Source: a virus
Taxonomy: Duplodnaviria > Heunggongvirae > Uroviricota > Caudoviricetes
Length of the DNA stretch: 25,066 bases
Strand: one strand, 5' to 3'
Virus record (IMG/VR): IMGVR_UViG_3300029611_000001
Coordinates: 1 to 25,066 of that record
Part shown: piece after piece, positions 9,363-16,433 of the stretch
Layout: every line of letters starts with the position of its first letter
Numbering within the stretch: position 1 is the stretch's first letter
Made by a program: the position numbers and the translations under genes
The notes under the pieces: generated by a model
What the model was told of the DNA's origin: nothing
The model's database searches: none
What the model saw: the letters and a program-made list of their open reading frames with translations, nothing else

Positions 9363-9465
9363 AAGTGCAAGGCTGTGTATAACCACTTTATATTATTCAC
9401 TACATTTATTTATCCAAATTAATATATTTTAAATCATTTTAATTTATAAATCATGTTTTAGTGTC

Positions 9466-9473
9466 TATATTTG
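9466..9473 (+). promoter_or_regulatory. Bacteroidota -7 promoter element, likely driving the ncRNA array
   Basis: TATATTTG lies about 30 nt upstream of ncRNA unit 1, after an AT-rich stretch. Confidence 0.65.
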
Positions 9474-9503
9474 CATCGTAATCAAGATAGATTATAATGT
9501 AAG

Positions 9504-9637
9504 ACAGTGGTGATGGAAGGTGATACTTCGGTTTGTGTCATAGGTTCGAGTCCTATATTTTTCATGTAAGAAAAATTAGATCAGTTGGTAGATCAAAACC
9601 TCCTTTCATATTAAAACACATTCCAGGTTCTCCCTGT
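9504..9637 (+). ncRNA. yrlA: Y RNA, YrlA-type (circularly permuted tRNA-like module)
   Basis: Outer stem ACAG-T-GG-TGA-TGGAAGGTG / CACATTCCA-GGTTCT-CC-CTGT. Inside: GGTTT/AAACC stem, T arm ATAGG-TTCGAGT-CCTAT (9540-9556), closed acceptor-like hairpin ATTTTTC-ATGTAA-GAAAAAT (9557-9576), then TA and D arm GATC-AGTTGGTA-GATC (9579-9594). Lies upstream of a Ro60 gene. Confidence 0.85.
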
Positions 9638-9650
9638 TTTAATAAAATAT

Positions 9651-9775
9651 ATAGATGGTGAGGAGTTCGGTTACTTCGAAAATTAGCGTAGTGGATAACG
9701 CGGTATTCTGTAATAATACTTTTCATTGGTTCGAATCCAATATTTTCATTTTGTCCGGCTCCGTTTTTCCTCTGT
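9651..9775 (+). ncRNA. Y-RNA-like ncRNA carrying a canonical-order tRNA cloverleaf, anticodon GTA (Tyr)
   Basis: Outer stem ATAGA-T-GG-TGA-GGAGTTCGG / CCGGCTCC-GTTTTT-CC-TCTGT. Cloverleaf 9678-9747: acceptor GAAAAT/ATTTTC, D arm GCGT-AGTGGATA-ACGC, anticodon arm GTATT-CTGTAAT-AATAC, T arm ATTGG-TTCGAAT-CCAAT. Confidence 0.8.
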
Positions 9776-9793
9776 TTGAAATATATAAAAACT

Positions 9794-9923
9794 AATGAGT
9801 GGTGATGGGGTTAGTTACTTCGAATTTAGCTCAGATGGATAGAGCGATACTCTTTTAAAGTATAGGTCGATGGTTCAAATCCATTATTTCATTGTTTACA
9901 CTAACTTCAGCTTTTCCCTCATT
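9794..9923 (+). ncRNA. Y-RNA-like ncRNA carrying a canonical-order tRNA cloverleaf, anticodon TTT (Lys)
   Basis: Outer stem AATGAG-T-GG-TGA-TGGGGTTAGT / ACTAACTTCA-GCTTTT-CC-CTCATT. Cloverleaf 9822-9890: D arm GCTC-AGATGGATA-GAGC, anticodon arm ATACT-CTTTTAA-AGTAT, variable loop AGGTC, T arm GATGG-TTCAAAT-CCATT, weak acceptor GAATT/ATTTC. Confidence 0.8.
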
Positions 9924-9953
9924 GAGTATTCATTTTGATATATTTTTTTTTTC

Positions 9954-9984
9954 AAGCAGTGGTAGTAATATCACTGCTTTTTTT
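9954..9984 (+). terminator. Intrinsic terminator between the Y RNA array and the Ro60 gene
   Basis: AAGCAGTGGTA-GTAA-TATCACTGCTT hairpin running into a T7 tract. Confidence 0.8.
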
Positions 9985-10013
9985 GTATAACACTTTAAAG
10001 AAAACAACAACAA

Positions 10014-11648
10014 ATGGGAAAGTTTAACAAAAAGGATGAAGGTGTTAAACCTACGATCGTGAATCACATGGGAGAGAAGGCGTATAAGCCTAACGCAGAA
10101 GAAGAGTTGGTAGCTACGGTAATGACTACTATGTTATCCGATTCTTATTATGAGAAAGAAAAAGATAAAGTAGAAAGAATTAAGAACCTTATGGATCAGG
10201 TAGATCCGTATTTCGGAGCACAAACAGCATTGTATGTCAGGAAAGAAGGAAAGCTTAGGTCGGTAACGCATCTTATGGCTTCTGTCCTTGCCAGCAAAGC
10301 ATCTGGTAAAGAATGGGCTTCAAGGTTCTATAATAAGATCGTTATGCGTCCTGATGATATGAGCGAAATCCTTGGCTGTTATGCGGCTCTTAACGACAAA
10401 AATCCAAAGAAGTTAAGAGGAATATCCAGCGCTATTAAGAAAGGATTTAAGACGGCTTTGGAAGGTCTTGATCCGTATCGGATTGACAAGTACAAGATGG
10501 ACAGTAGGGTCATTACTATGGTTGACCTCGTAAACTTATTTCACCCTAAAGGCAATCAGGTTAACAAAACAGCTTTCCAGTACCTTATAGAAGGTCGATC
10601 TTTGTCTGGATTATACGAAAGCAAGATTCTTGAAAAAGAGATGTCTAAGGCCGGTCAGGATAAGAAAGACAATAAGGAAAAGAAAGAAGCTTTAGGTGAC
10701 GCTATTCGGGACGTGGTTTCCAATGTAAAAGGTATGCCTATTTTTAATATGGTTCGTAACCTTGTAAACATAATCAAATACGCGCCTGATCAAATAGATG
10801 AAGTTTGTAGGCAGCTTACAATAGAAGAGAAGGTACTTAATTCTAAGATGCTTCCTTTCCGTTTTGCTTCAGCTTTCAAAGAGGTTGAAAATATAGGCAC
10901 TGATGGTTCCGAAAATGATATTGTATTTGAGTCGGATAAAAAACGTGCTAAATTAACAGCGCGTAATAAATATAAGATTTTAGATGCGTTGGAGAAAGCC
11001 ATAACCATCTCCTGCAAGAACCTGCCGGTATTGGAGGGGCGGTCGGCTATCCTGATTGACCACTCTGGCTCTGTACGTGGAGATATGGGAGGATCTTCTG
11101 AAGTGTCTGCCTTTAGCAAAACAAATACGGCTGTCATTGGTAACTTATTTGGCTGTATGATCGCATCTGTGCTTCCTGACGTATTTATTGGCATGTTTGG
11201 TGACAAACTTATCAATTACGAATATGATAGAAGTAAAGGTGTTTTATGGAATAACAAAAAATCTTTTACTGCCGGAGGAGACTGCGGTGGTTCCACCGAA
11301 AACGGTCTTTTTGCATTCTTGGAAAAGTGCGTTAAAGATAAGATCAAGGTAGATAATTTGTACATTATTTCAGATATGCAGATAGGAGACGGTGAATCTG
11401 TTGTATGGGAGAAAAGCTCCAGTTATGGATATGGCAAATTCGCCGAACTTTTGAAAGAGTTCAAGAAAGTAAATCCAAATTGCAAGATCGTTTCTATTTC
11501 TATTCAAGGATATGGAAGTGAGATGTTTTACAGAGGATCTAATATCTTGAACATAGCTGGCTGGTCAGAATCTATTTTCGATGTTATTAACAGCAAGTTC
11601 TGCGGATATAAGAATATGATTGAAGAAATTAAGAAAATAAAAATATAA
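10014..11648 (+). CDS. rsr: Ro60/Rsr-family TROVE-domain RNA-binding protein with C-terminal vWA domain
   Basis: 544 aa. TROVE N-terminus 'NHMGEKAY...EELVATVMTTMLSDSYYE', 'ALYVRKEGKLRSVTHL', 'KYK...DLVNLFHPK', 'MVRNLVNI', 'SKMLPFRFASA'; vWA MIDAS motifs 'LIDHSGSV' and 'IISDMQ'. Confidence 0.93.
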   Translation: MGKFNKKDEGVKPTIVNHMGEKAYKPNAEEELVATVMTTMLSDSYYEKEKDKVERIKNLMDQVDPYFGAQTALYVRKEGKLRSVTHLMASVLASKASGKEWASRFYNKIVMRPDDMSEILGCYAALNDKNPKKLRGISSAIKKGFKTALEGLDPYRIDKYKMDSRVITMVDLVNLFHPKGNQVNKTAFQYLIEGRSLSGLYESKILEKEMSKAGQDKKDNKEKKEALGDAIRDVVSNVKGMPIFNMVRNLVNIIKYAPDQIDEVCRQLTIEEKVLNSKMLPFRFASAFKEVENIGTDGSENDIVFESDKKRAKLTARNKYKILDALEKAITISCKNLPVLEGRSAILIDHSGSVRGDMGGSSEVSAFSKTNTAVIGNLFGCMIASVLPDVFIGMFGDKLINYEYDRSKGVLWNNKKSFTAGGDCGGSTENGLFAFLEKCVKDKIKVDNLYIISDMQIGDGESVVWEKSSSYGYGKFAELLKEFKKVNPNCKIVSISIQGYGSEMFYRGSNILNIAGWSESIFDVINSKFCGYKNMIEEIKKIKI

Positions 11649-11707
11649 TCATTGATTTTGCTTCAATTGTAATTTCCATAGTAAACAAGTTTTAGCTTTA
11701 AAGGTAT

Positions 11708-11744
11708 AGCCGAAGAAGTACGTGAGTATATCTTCGGCTTTTTT
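11708..11744 (+). terminator. Intrinsic terminator after Ro60
   Basis: AGCCGAAGA...TCTTCGGCT stem followed by a T tract. Confidence 0.8.
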
Positions 11745-11747
11745 ATT

Positions 11748-11755
11748 TACCTTTG
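11748..11755 (+). promoter_or_regulatory. Bacteroidota -7 promoter element
   Basis: TACCTTTG directly after the terminator, ending 18 nt before ATG 11773. Confidence 0.6.
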
Positions 11756-11772
11756 TTGAAAAACAGTTTGTT

Positions 11773-12186
11773 ATGAAACAAGTATTATATAAAAATGATA
11801 TATACCCCTATAATGTAAGGGTATTGCTTGGAGCAGATGAAGAGTATATAGCAAAGACGTTCGCCAACCTGGAAGTAGAAGATCAGAGCTGGGAGGGGTG
11901 GACTGATGATTATGGTGGCAGAACTATTTTCGTAGGAAACCGAACCAATCACAGGAAAGAAATATGTTTCTTATTTCATTCACTATCTGATATGGATGTT
12001 AGAACCATAGGACACGAATACCTGCACGGTCTTTCTATTTATTGTAAGTATCTTAATATGGATTACGGTTTTGAAGTCGGAGGAGATGAGCATGCCGCCT
12101 GTCTGATGGGATGGTTAGTTGATAAGGTTTGTGGTGCTTACCACAAATTTAAGAAGGAGGAAGAAAAAAATGGCAAAGAAGACTAA
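11773..12186 (+). CDS. Small HExxH protein, putative zincin-like metallopeptidase
   Basis: 137 aa from the ATG at 11773. Contains 'IGHEYLHG' and a downstream 'DEHAACL' as a candidate third ligand. Overlaps the start of the next gene. Confidence 0.55.
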   Translation: MKQVLYKNDIYPYNVRVLLGADEEYIAKTFANLEVEDQSWEGWTDDYGGRTIFVGNRTNHRKEICFLFHSLSDMDVRTIGHEYLHGLSIYCKYLNMDYGFEVGGDEHAACLMGWLVDKVCGAYHKFKKEEEKNGKED

Positions 12187-14590
12187 AAATTATGTAAGAG
12201 ACAAACAACCAAAAACATTATGGAGTAAAATTGGTCCGTTTGTAAAACTTAGAGAATATCTGGCATCTAATATAACACCTGACGTGTATGCTAATGAAAG
12301 AGGATTAAAAACCAAAATAATGGAATTTTTTGGTCAAGATGTTCCGAAAGCCAATGTAGATGATTTTAGTCAGAATCTTTGGTTTAGATTCTTAAACCAA
12401 CCAAATAATCTGAAAGAAGAAAATGGGATTGTCAGAATACCAGACAATATCAAATCCATTATATCTGACAGGATAAATGGTGGGTGGGAGAAAATGGCTA
12501 AAAAATATGGAAGGGAGCTTGATTCCTTAGATAATAAGATAATTGATGGAAAAGTTGCAGGCAAGGACGTATCTGATTTGGAGGAGTTAAGGGATGTAAC
12601 AAGTAGGAAACTTGGAATGGTGGAAGAGGGAATAGATCTATTAAAAAAAGCCAGAACTGGAGAACATCAGGTATTTAACGAATACAATTTTATACCAGAT
12701 GCTTACGGCGATTTAAATGATTTATCAGGCTTATCAAGTTTCACTATGTACCGTGATGATAGAGGTAGGATGGTCGTAAAAGATAAGTATGATTTTTATA
12801 GAAGCGATCAACCTCTTGGTGTCGGGATTGTTACTAAGATTCTTGATACAATAGGATACCCGTTTGATATTCTGGATTATGTAGAAGATAAGAATCCATA
12901 TGAAGAGAATGATCCAAACAAGGTTTTGTTGAAATCCGCCATTGATTCCAAGAATGATCTGGATAAAAAAATGAAGATAAGATCTAAAAAACAAGGAGGG
13001 GATTCTTCTAAGCCGGAAATAGATTGGGATTTATTCAAATCCAAATATGAAAATATGAAGCGCGTGGGTAAGGGTACGCACCGCACTATGGACGTAGATG
13101 GAATGAATATGATCTATGATGCTTTATATGATAAAGGTTTCAATCAACGCCAGATAGAAGCCGTACTTGGAAATATTATTGAAGAATCTGGTGGTAATCC
13201 CTATGCCGTATCTGATTATGGAGGGTTTAAGGGACTTTTCCAAGAATCCGATAAAAGATATCCACCCAAAGAGTTTGAGAAAGATAAAGAGCGATTTAAG
13301 GGGGATAAGCGTGGATATATCAATTACATGATAGACAGATTTTATGATCATGTTCAAGATGATGGGATGTATAGTATAAAGGATACTAAATACAATAAAG
13401 CCATTCATGCAGTAAGCGAATTTATGTCAGAAGATCCAGATACGGATTATTCGTATCCACTTGTGTATGCTTTTGAAGCTCCATCAGATAAAGAAGGAAC
13501 TTATAAAAATAGAAAAAGCGTATCAAATTTAATAAGCCAATCTTACGTTTCGAATAATGTTGATAAATTAGATGATGATGATAAAAAGGATGATAATATT
13601 ATTAATGCCATTCTTGGTATAAAAAACGATCTTGAATTACAAGACCCGATTTCCACTACAAGAGGCGAAGCCTTTAAAGAAGCCAGGAAAAGAGGTCTTA
13701 AGGAATTTACATGGAATGGAAAGAGATACAATACCAACATCAAAAAAGAAGGTGGCGTAGTTGGCAAGCAGCGTGAAGCATATGAATACTTTACTAATAA
13801 GCGCGGCATGTCCAAGATACAGGCGCTTGCCATCATAGGTAACCTAATGGCTGAATCCGGTCTTAAAGATGACATATACGGAGACAACAGAACATCATAC
13901 GGCATACAGCAATGGCATAATGAGCGCATGGATAAATTGTTCAAGCACGCCAAAAAGAAAGGTCATTCTACACCAACATTCAAAGACCAACTTGAGTTCT
14001 TAGCTGACGAATACGAAGGAAAGACCGGATATTCTAATTTCTTATACACAAGAAAAGGAAAAGAAGGACCAGGGTATTACAACTACAGCCGGCAGGACTT
14101 CATGAACGCCGATAACCTTAAAGATGCTGTAGTAGCTTGGAACCAGGGAGCAGGACGCCCTCATAAGAGTGTTATAAGAAATGATGACCGTTATAACTAT
14201 GCTATGGAAGTTGCAAAAAATCTTGGTTTGGAAATTGAAGAAAATTCCGTATCTTCGTATGGTCAAATGGGATTCGGAGATGCTGCTGAAACAGCAGCAT
14301 CGGTAACACTTCCAGAGGTAGAAGTGGCAGCCGCCCTCCCTAACCCGGAAGTCCCGTCCCAGGAGAGACAGTCCGAGGAAGAGAGATTCCGTACATGGAC
14401 TGAAACGTATGGTAAGGACATCGTAAATCATTTACTGACGTTAGACGGGAAAAAGGATGGTGATGACAGTGATTACAGCATGATGTATAAACAGCATCAA
14501 AAAGAAAGCGAAGAGGATAAGAAAATGGCTTTGATTAATGCCGTGCTTCCCAATATACAACTTCGCATTAAAGGCGTCACCGATAATTAG
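12170..14590 (+). CDS. Virion-associated protein with two phage tail-lysozyme-like domains
   Basis: 806 aa from the ATG at 12170. 'GFNQRQIEAVLGNIIEESGGNP...GLFQ' and 'GMSKIQALAIIGNLMAESGL...SYGIQQW' match the tail-lysozyme pattern GNxxxES. Also contains 'EAFKEARKRGLKEFTWNGKRYNT'. Confidence 0.75.
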   Translation: MAKKTKNYVRDKQPKTLWSKIGPFVKLREYLASNITPDVYANERGLKTKIMEFFGQDVPKANVDDFSQNLWFRFLNQPNNLKEENGIVRIPDNIKSIISDRINGGWEKMAKKYGRELDSLDNKIIDGKVAGKDVSDLEELRDVTSRKLGMVEEGIDLLKKARTGEHQVFNEYNFIPDAYGDLNDLSGLSSFTMYRDDRGRMVVKDKYDFYRSDQPLGVGIVTKILDTIGYPFDILDYVEDKNPYEENDPNKVLLKSAIDSKNDLDKKMKIRSKKQGGDSSKPEIDWDLFKSKYENMKRVGKGTHRTMDVDGMNMIYDALYDKGFNQRQIEAVLGNIIEESGGNPYAVSDYGGFKGLFQESDKRYPPKEFEKDKERFKGDKRGYINYMIDRFYDHVQDDGMYSIKDTKYNKAIHAVSEFMSEDPDTDYSYPLVYAFEAPSDKEGTYKNRKSVSNLISQSYVSNNVDKLDDDDKKDDNIINAILGIKNDLELQDPISTTRGEAFKEARKRGLKEFTWNGKRYNTNIKKEGGVVGKQREAYEYFTNKRGMSKIQALAIIGNLMAESGLKDDIYGDNRTSYGIQQWHNERMDKLFKHAKKKGHSTPTFKDQLEFLADEYEGKTGYSNFLYTRKGKEGPGYYNYSRQDFMNADNLKDAVVAWNQGAGRPHKSVIRNDDRYNYAMEVAKNLGLEIEENSVSSYGQMGFGDAAETAASVTLPEVEVAAALPNPEVPSQERQSEEERFRTWTETYGKDIVNHLLTLDGKKDGDDSDYSMMYKQHQKESEEDKKMALINAVLPNIQLRIKGVTDN

Positions 14591-14626
14591 AACAAGATTG
14601 TGTTTTTTCCTCATATTAATAAAGCG

Positions 14627-14698
14627 AAGCCGGATTTGAGACTCGTTATGCGGATACCGAAGGTTGAAGAACGATATCAAGATAATCCGGCTTTTTTT
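14627..14698 (+). terminator. Long imperfect hairpin with T tail (terminator-like)
   Basis: AAGCCGGATT/AATCCGGCTT outer stem with inner TTGA/TCAA and TCGTT/AACGA pairings, ending in T7. Confidence 0.6.
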
Positions 14699-14854
14699 GT
14701 GCGATTTCGTGAAGGATGGAACTATCATCGCCTTGGTTTAACAGAACAGACCTATGTACCTCCACTGTCCTGACGGGCATGGGAGCCCGTCTCGCCTACC
14801 AGCCTGCCTAATTCTCCACTGGCTACCTAATATAACTATTAACGTCACTCCATC

Positions 14855-15028
14855 ACCTATCTCCCTTCAGTCGATAGGTTCAGTCGTTTTTAAATATTAT
14901 AAGTTCTTTCGCATCGTTCCCTTCGGTCACGATACTCAATCTTTTAACACAATTAGGCGAACAATACAATGACGGAAAAAGTAATTTGTCAATCCGTTCA
15001 CTCACTTAACTCCCTTCGGTCGTTAAGT
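14855..15028. repeat. Three stem-loops with different stems and the conserved loop TCCCTTCRGTC
   Basis: ACCTATC-TCCCTTCAGTC-GATAGGT (14855-14879), ATCGT-TCCCTTCGGTC-ACGAT (14913-14933), ACTTAAC-TCCCTTCGGTC-GTTAAGT (15004-15028). Confidence 0.85.
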
Positions 15029-15245
15029 TCATTCACTGTAAACAATTATATGAATAAATGGTAAAGTATATAAAATAATATAAATAATATAATGAGTAAG
15101 ATCATTGAAAATGGTCTTAATATTAAGGGAAACGGAGACTATTTATAGGCGTAGTTTTAATTCAAGATTTGTTGTCCCACCCCTGAAGGTCAGGAGGTTA
15201 CGTTCAGAACCGTTTTCCTGTCTCTTATCCAAACCGTCATAAAAT

Positions 15246-15286
15246 AAAAAACCTTGTATCCTATTTCTCTCAAACCGGATACAAGG
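15246..15286 (-). terminator. Perfect 10-bp hairpin, terminator-like on the minus strand
   Basis: CCTTGTATCC (15252-15261) / GGATACAAGG (15277-15286), preceded on the + strand by A6. Confidence 0.5.
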
Positions 15287-15317
15287 CAGTGCATTTTCTT
15301 CTTTTTATGTAAAATCA

Positions 15318-15325
15318 TATATTTG
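15318..15325 (+). promoter_or_regulatory. Bacteroidota -7 promoter element
   Basis: TATATTTG ends 21 nt before ATG 15346. Confidence 0.6.
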
Positions 15326-15345
15326 CACTAAACAAAAAAAACAAT

Positions 15346-16365
15346 ATGGAGACAAAAATAACTGAAATAATGAATCCTCACAAGTTACACGACAAGCTCT
15401 TCAAGAAAGAGCAGGTCTCTCCGATAGAAGTTATATACAATAGCTTCAGCAACTTAGGGTACAATGTAGTACGCCGTCCATCCGGTCAGTGTTTAGGCAA
15501 TTTGAGATATTTTAATCTATTTTATGACAAGCATACTCATCATTTCTATCAGAAAGACAGGAAGTTGAGATATTGTAGCAACTTTCTCATATCTGATTAC
15601 TGGAAAGATAGAGTGCGATGTTTCATAGTTTGGAACTTTGGCTTTGGAAGATTCTTTCCGTACAATGACTTTATTGAGGCTATGGTTTACGACTATCTCC
15701 GATATGGGAGAAAGTCAGTTCCTTATCTTAAAAGCGTGCAAGAGGCTGAAGAAAAGTGCGTAAGGTTCTATATCCGGTCTCAGATAGATATGCTCCGTAA
15801 GGAAGGATATGCTGCATATCGGGCTAAGTTTAAGGAAGAACGTCCTCAGTATTTCATCGGAGACGATAGGACGGTGTTTAGATGCCTTGACAGCTCTTTG
15901 AAAAGAGAAGAGAAGATTGCTGCATGCGTAGCCCACAAAAGGGCTTTAAAAGAAGGGATAATGACTTCCTTCATCAATCACCTTAAGAAACATCCTACCA
16001 CTTTATATTCGTGGTTCTCGTCAGAGGTAGATAGCGAAGGAAAGAATAGGCTCTGTCTATCTGAAAAGGCTGTTTCGTATTTGAATAAGAGACTGGTTCG
16101 CAATGGGTTAAAGTCTCTTTCTGCATCATATCTTTTTAGAACGTTTAGAAAAATGGTGAAGATCTTGTTCGGTTCCAATGTCAGGTCGTTTTTGAATAGC
16201 TGTCTGATGTCTGTTTCAACAGAAGAGGTTTTAACCAAATCTATGAAGAAAATAGTTTCCAAGACAGTGCTGTTTTTGTACAAGAGAGCGCTTAAGAACT
16301 ATCGCCGGGCATGCGGTCTTAAGTACGACCCTGATTCGGGCGGTTTGTCTGCCGTACATGATTGA
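15346..16365 (+). CDS. Hypothetical basic protein, possibly nucleic-acid binding
   Basis: 339 aa, rich in K/R/F/Y, unlike the acidic structural neighbours. It has its own promoter motif and an A-rich leader. No family recognised. Confidence 0.7.
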   Translation: METKITEIMNPHKLHDKLFKKEQVSPIEVIYNSFSNLGYNVVRRPSGQCLGNLRYFNLFYDKHTHHFYQKDRKLRYCSNFLISDYWKDRVRCFIVWNFGFGRFFPYNDFIEAMVYDYLRYGRKSVPYLKSVQEAEEKCVRFYIRSQIDMLRKEGYAAYRAKFKEERPQYFIGDDRTVFRCLDSSLKREEKIAACVAHKRALKEGIMTSFINHLKKHPTTLYSWFSSEVDSEGKNRLCLSEKAVSYLNKRLVRNGLKSLSASYLFRTFRKMVKILFGSNVRSFLNSCLMSVSTEEVLTKSMKKIVSKTVLFLYKRALKNYRRACGLKYDPDSGGLSAVHD

Positions 16366-16411
16366 TTTTTAAACGTATCCCATAACGTTGGATTTTCTCG
16401 TTCGTTTCTCT

Positions 16412-16419
16412 TATCTTTG
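16412..16419 (+). promoter_or_regulatory. Bacteroidota -7 promoter element
   Basis: TATCTTTG ends 15 nt before ATG 16434. Confidence 0.55.
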
Positions 16420-16433
16420 TGAAAAAAGATAGT

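Noticed and set aside
9677..9891. Calling units 2 and 3 ordinary phage tRNA-Tyr and tRNA-Lys genes
   Set aside because: Their acceptor stems are incomplete, there is no CCA, the GUA unit lacks the long variable arm, and both are enclosed in the same outer scaffold as the permuted unit 1. Processing into tRNAs is not excluded.
9504..9923. CRISPR array
   Set aside because: The period is about 146 bp with only short conserved motifs and structured interiors. There are no identical direct repeats and no cas genes.
14754..14972. 72-aa ORF in the intergenic region
   Set aside because: Its composition is atypical, no promoter or leader is evident, and it overlaps the hairpin cluster, so the region is likely non-coding.
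14855..15028. Mini-CRISPR or classic iterons
   Set aside because: Only an 11-nt loop is repeated, spacing is irregular, and the flanks are self-complementary rather than direct repeats.
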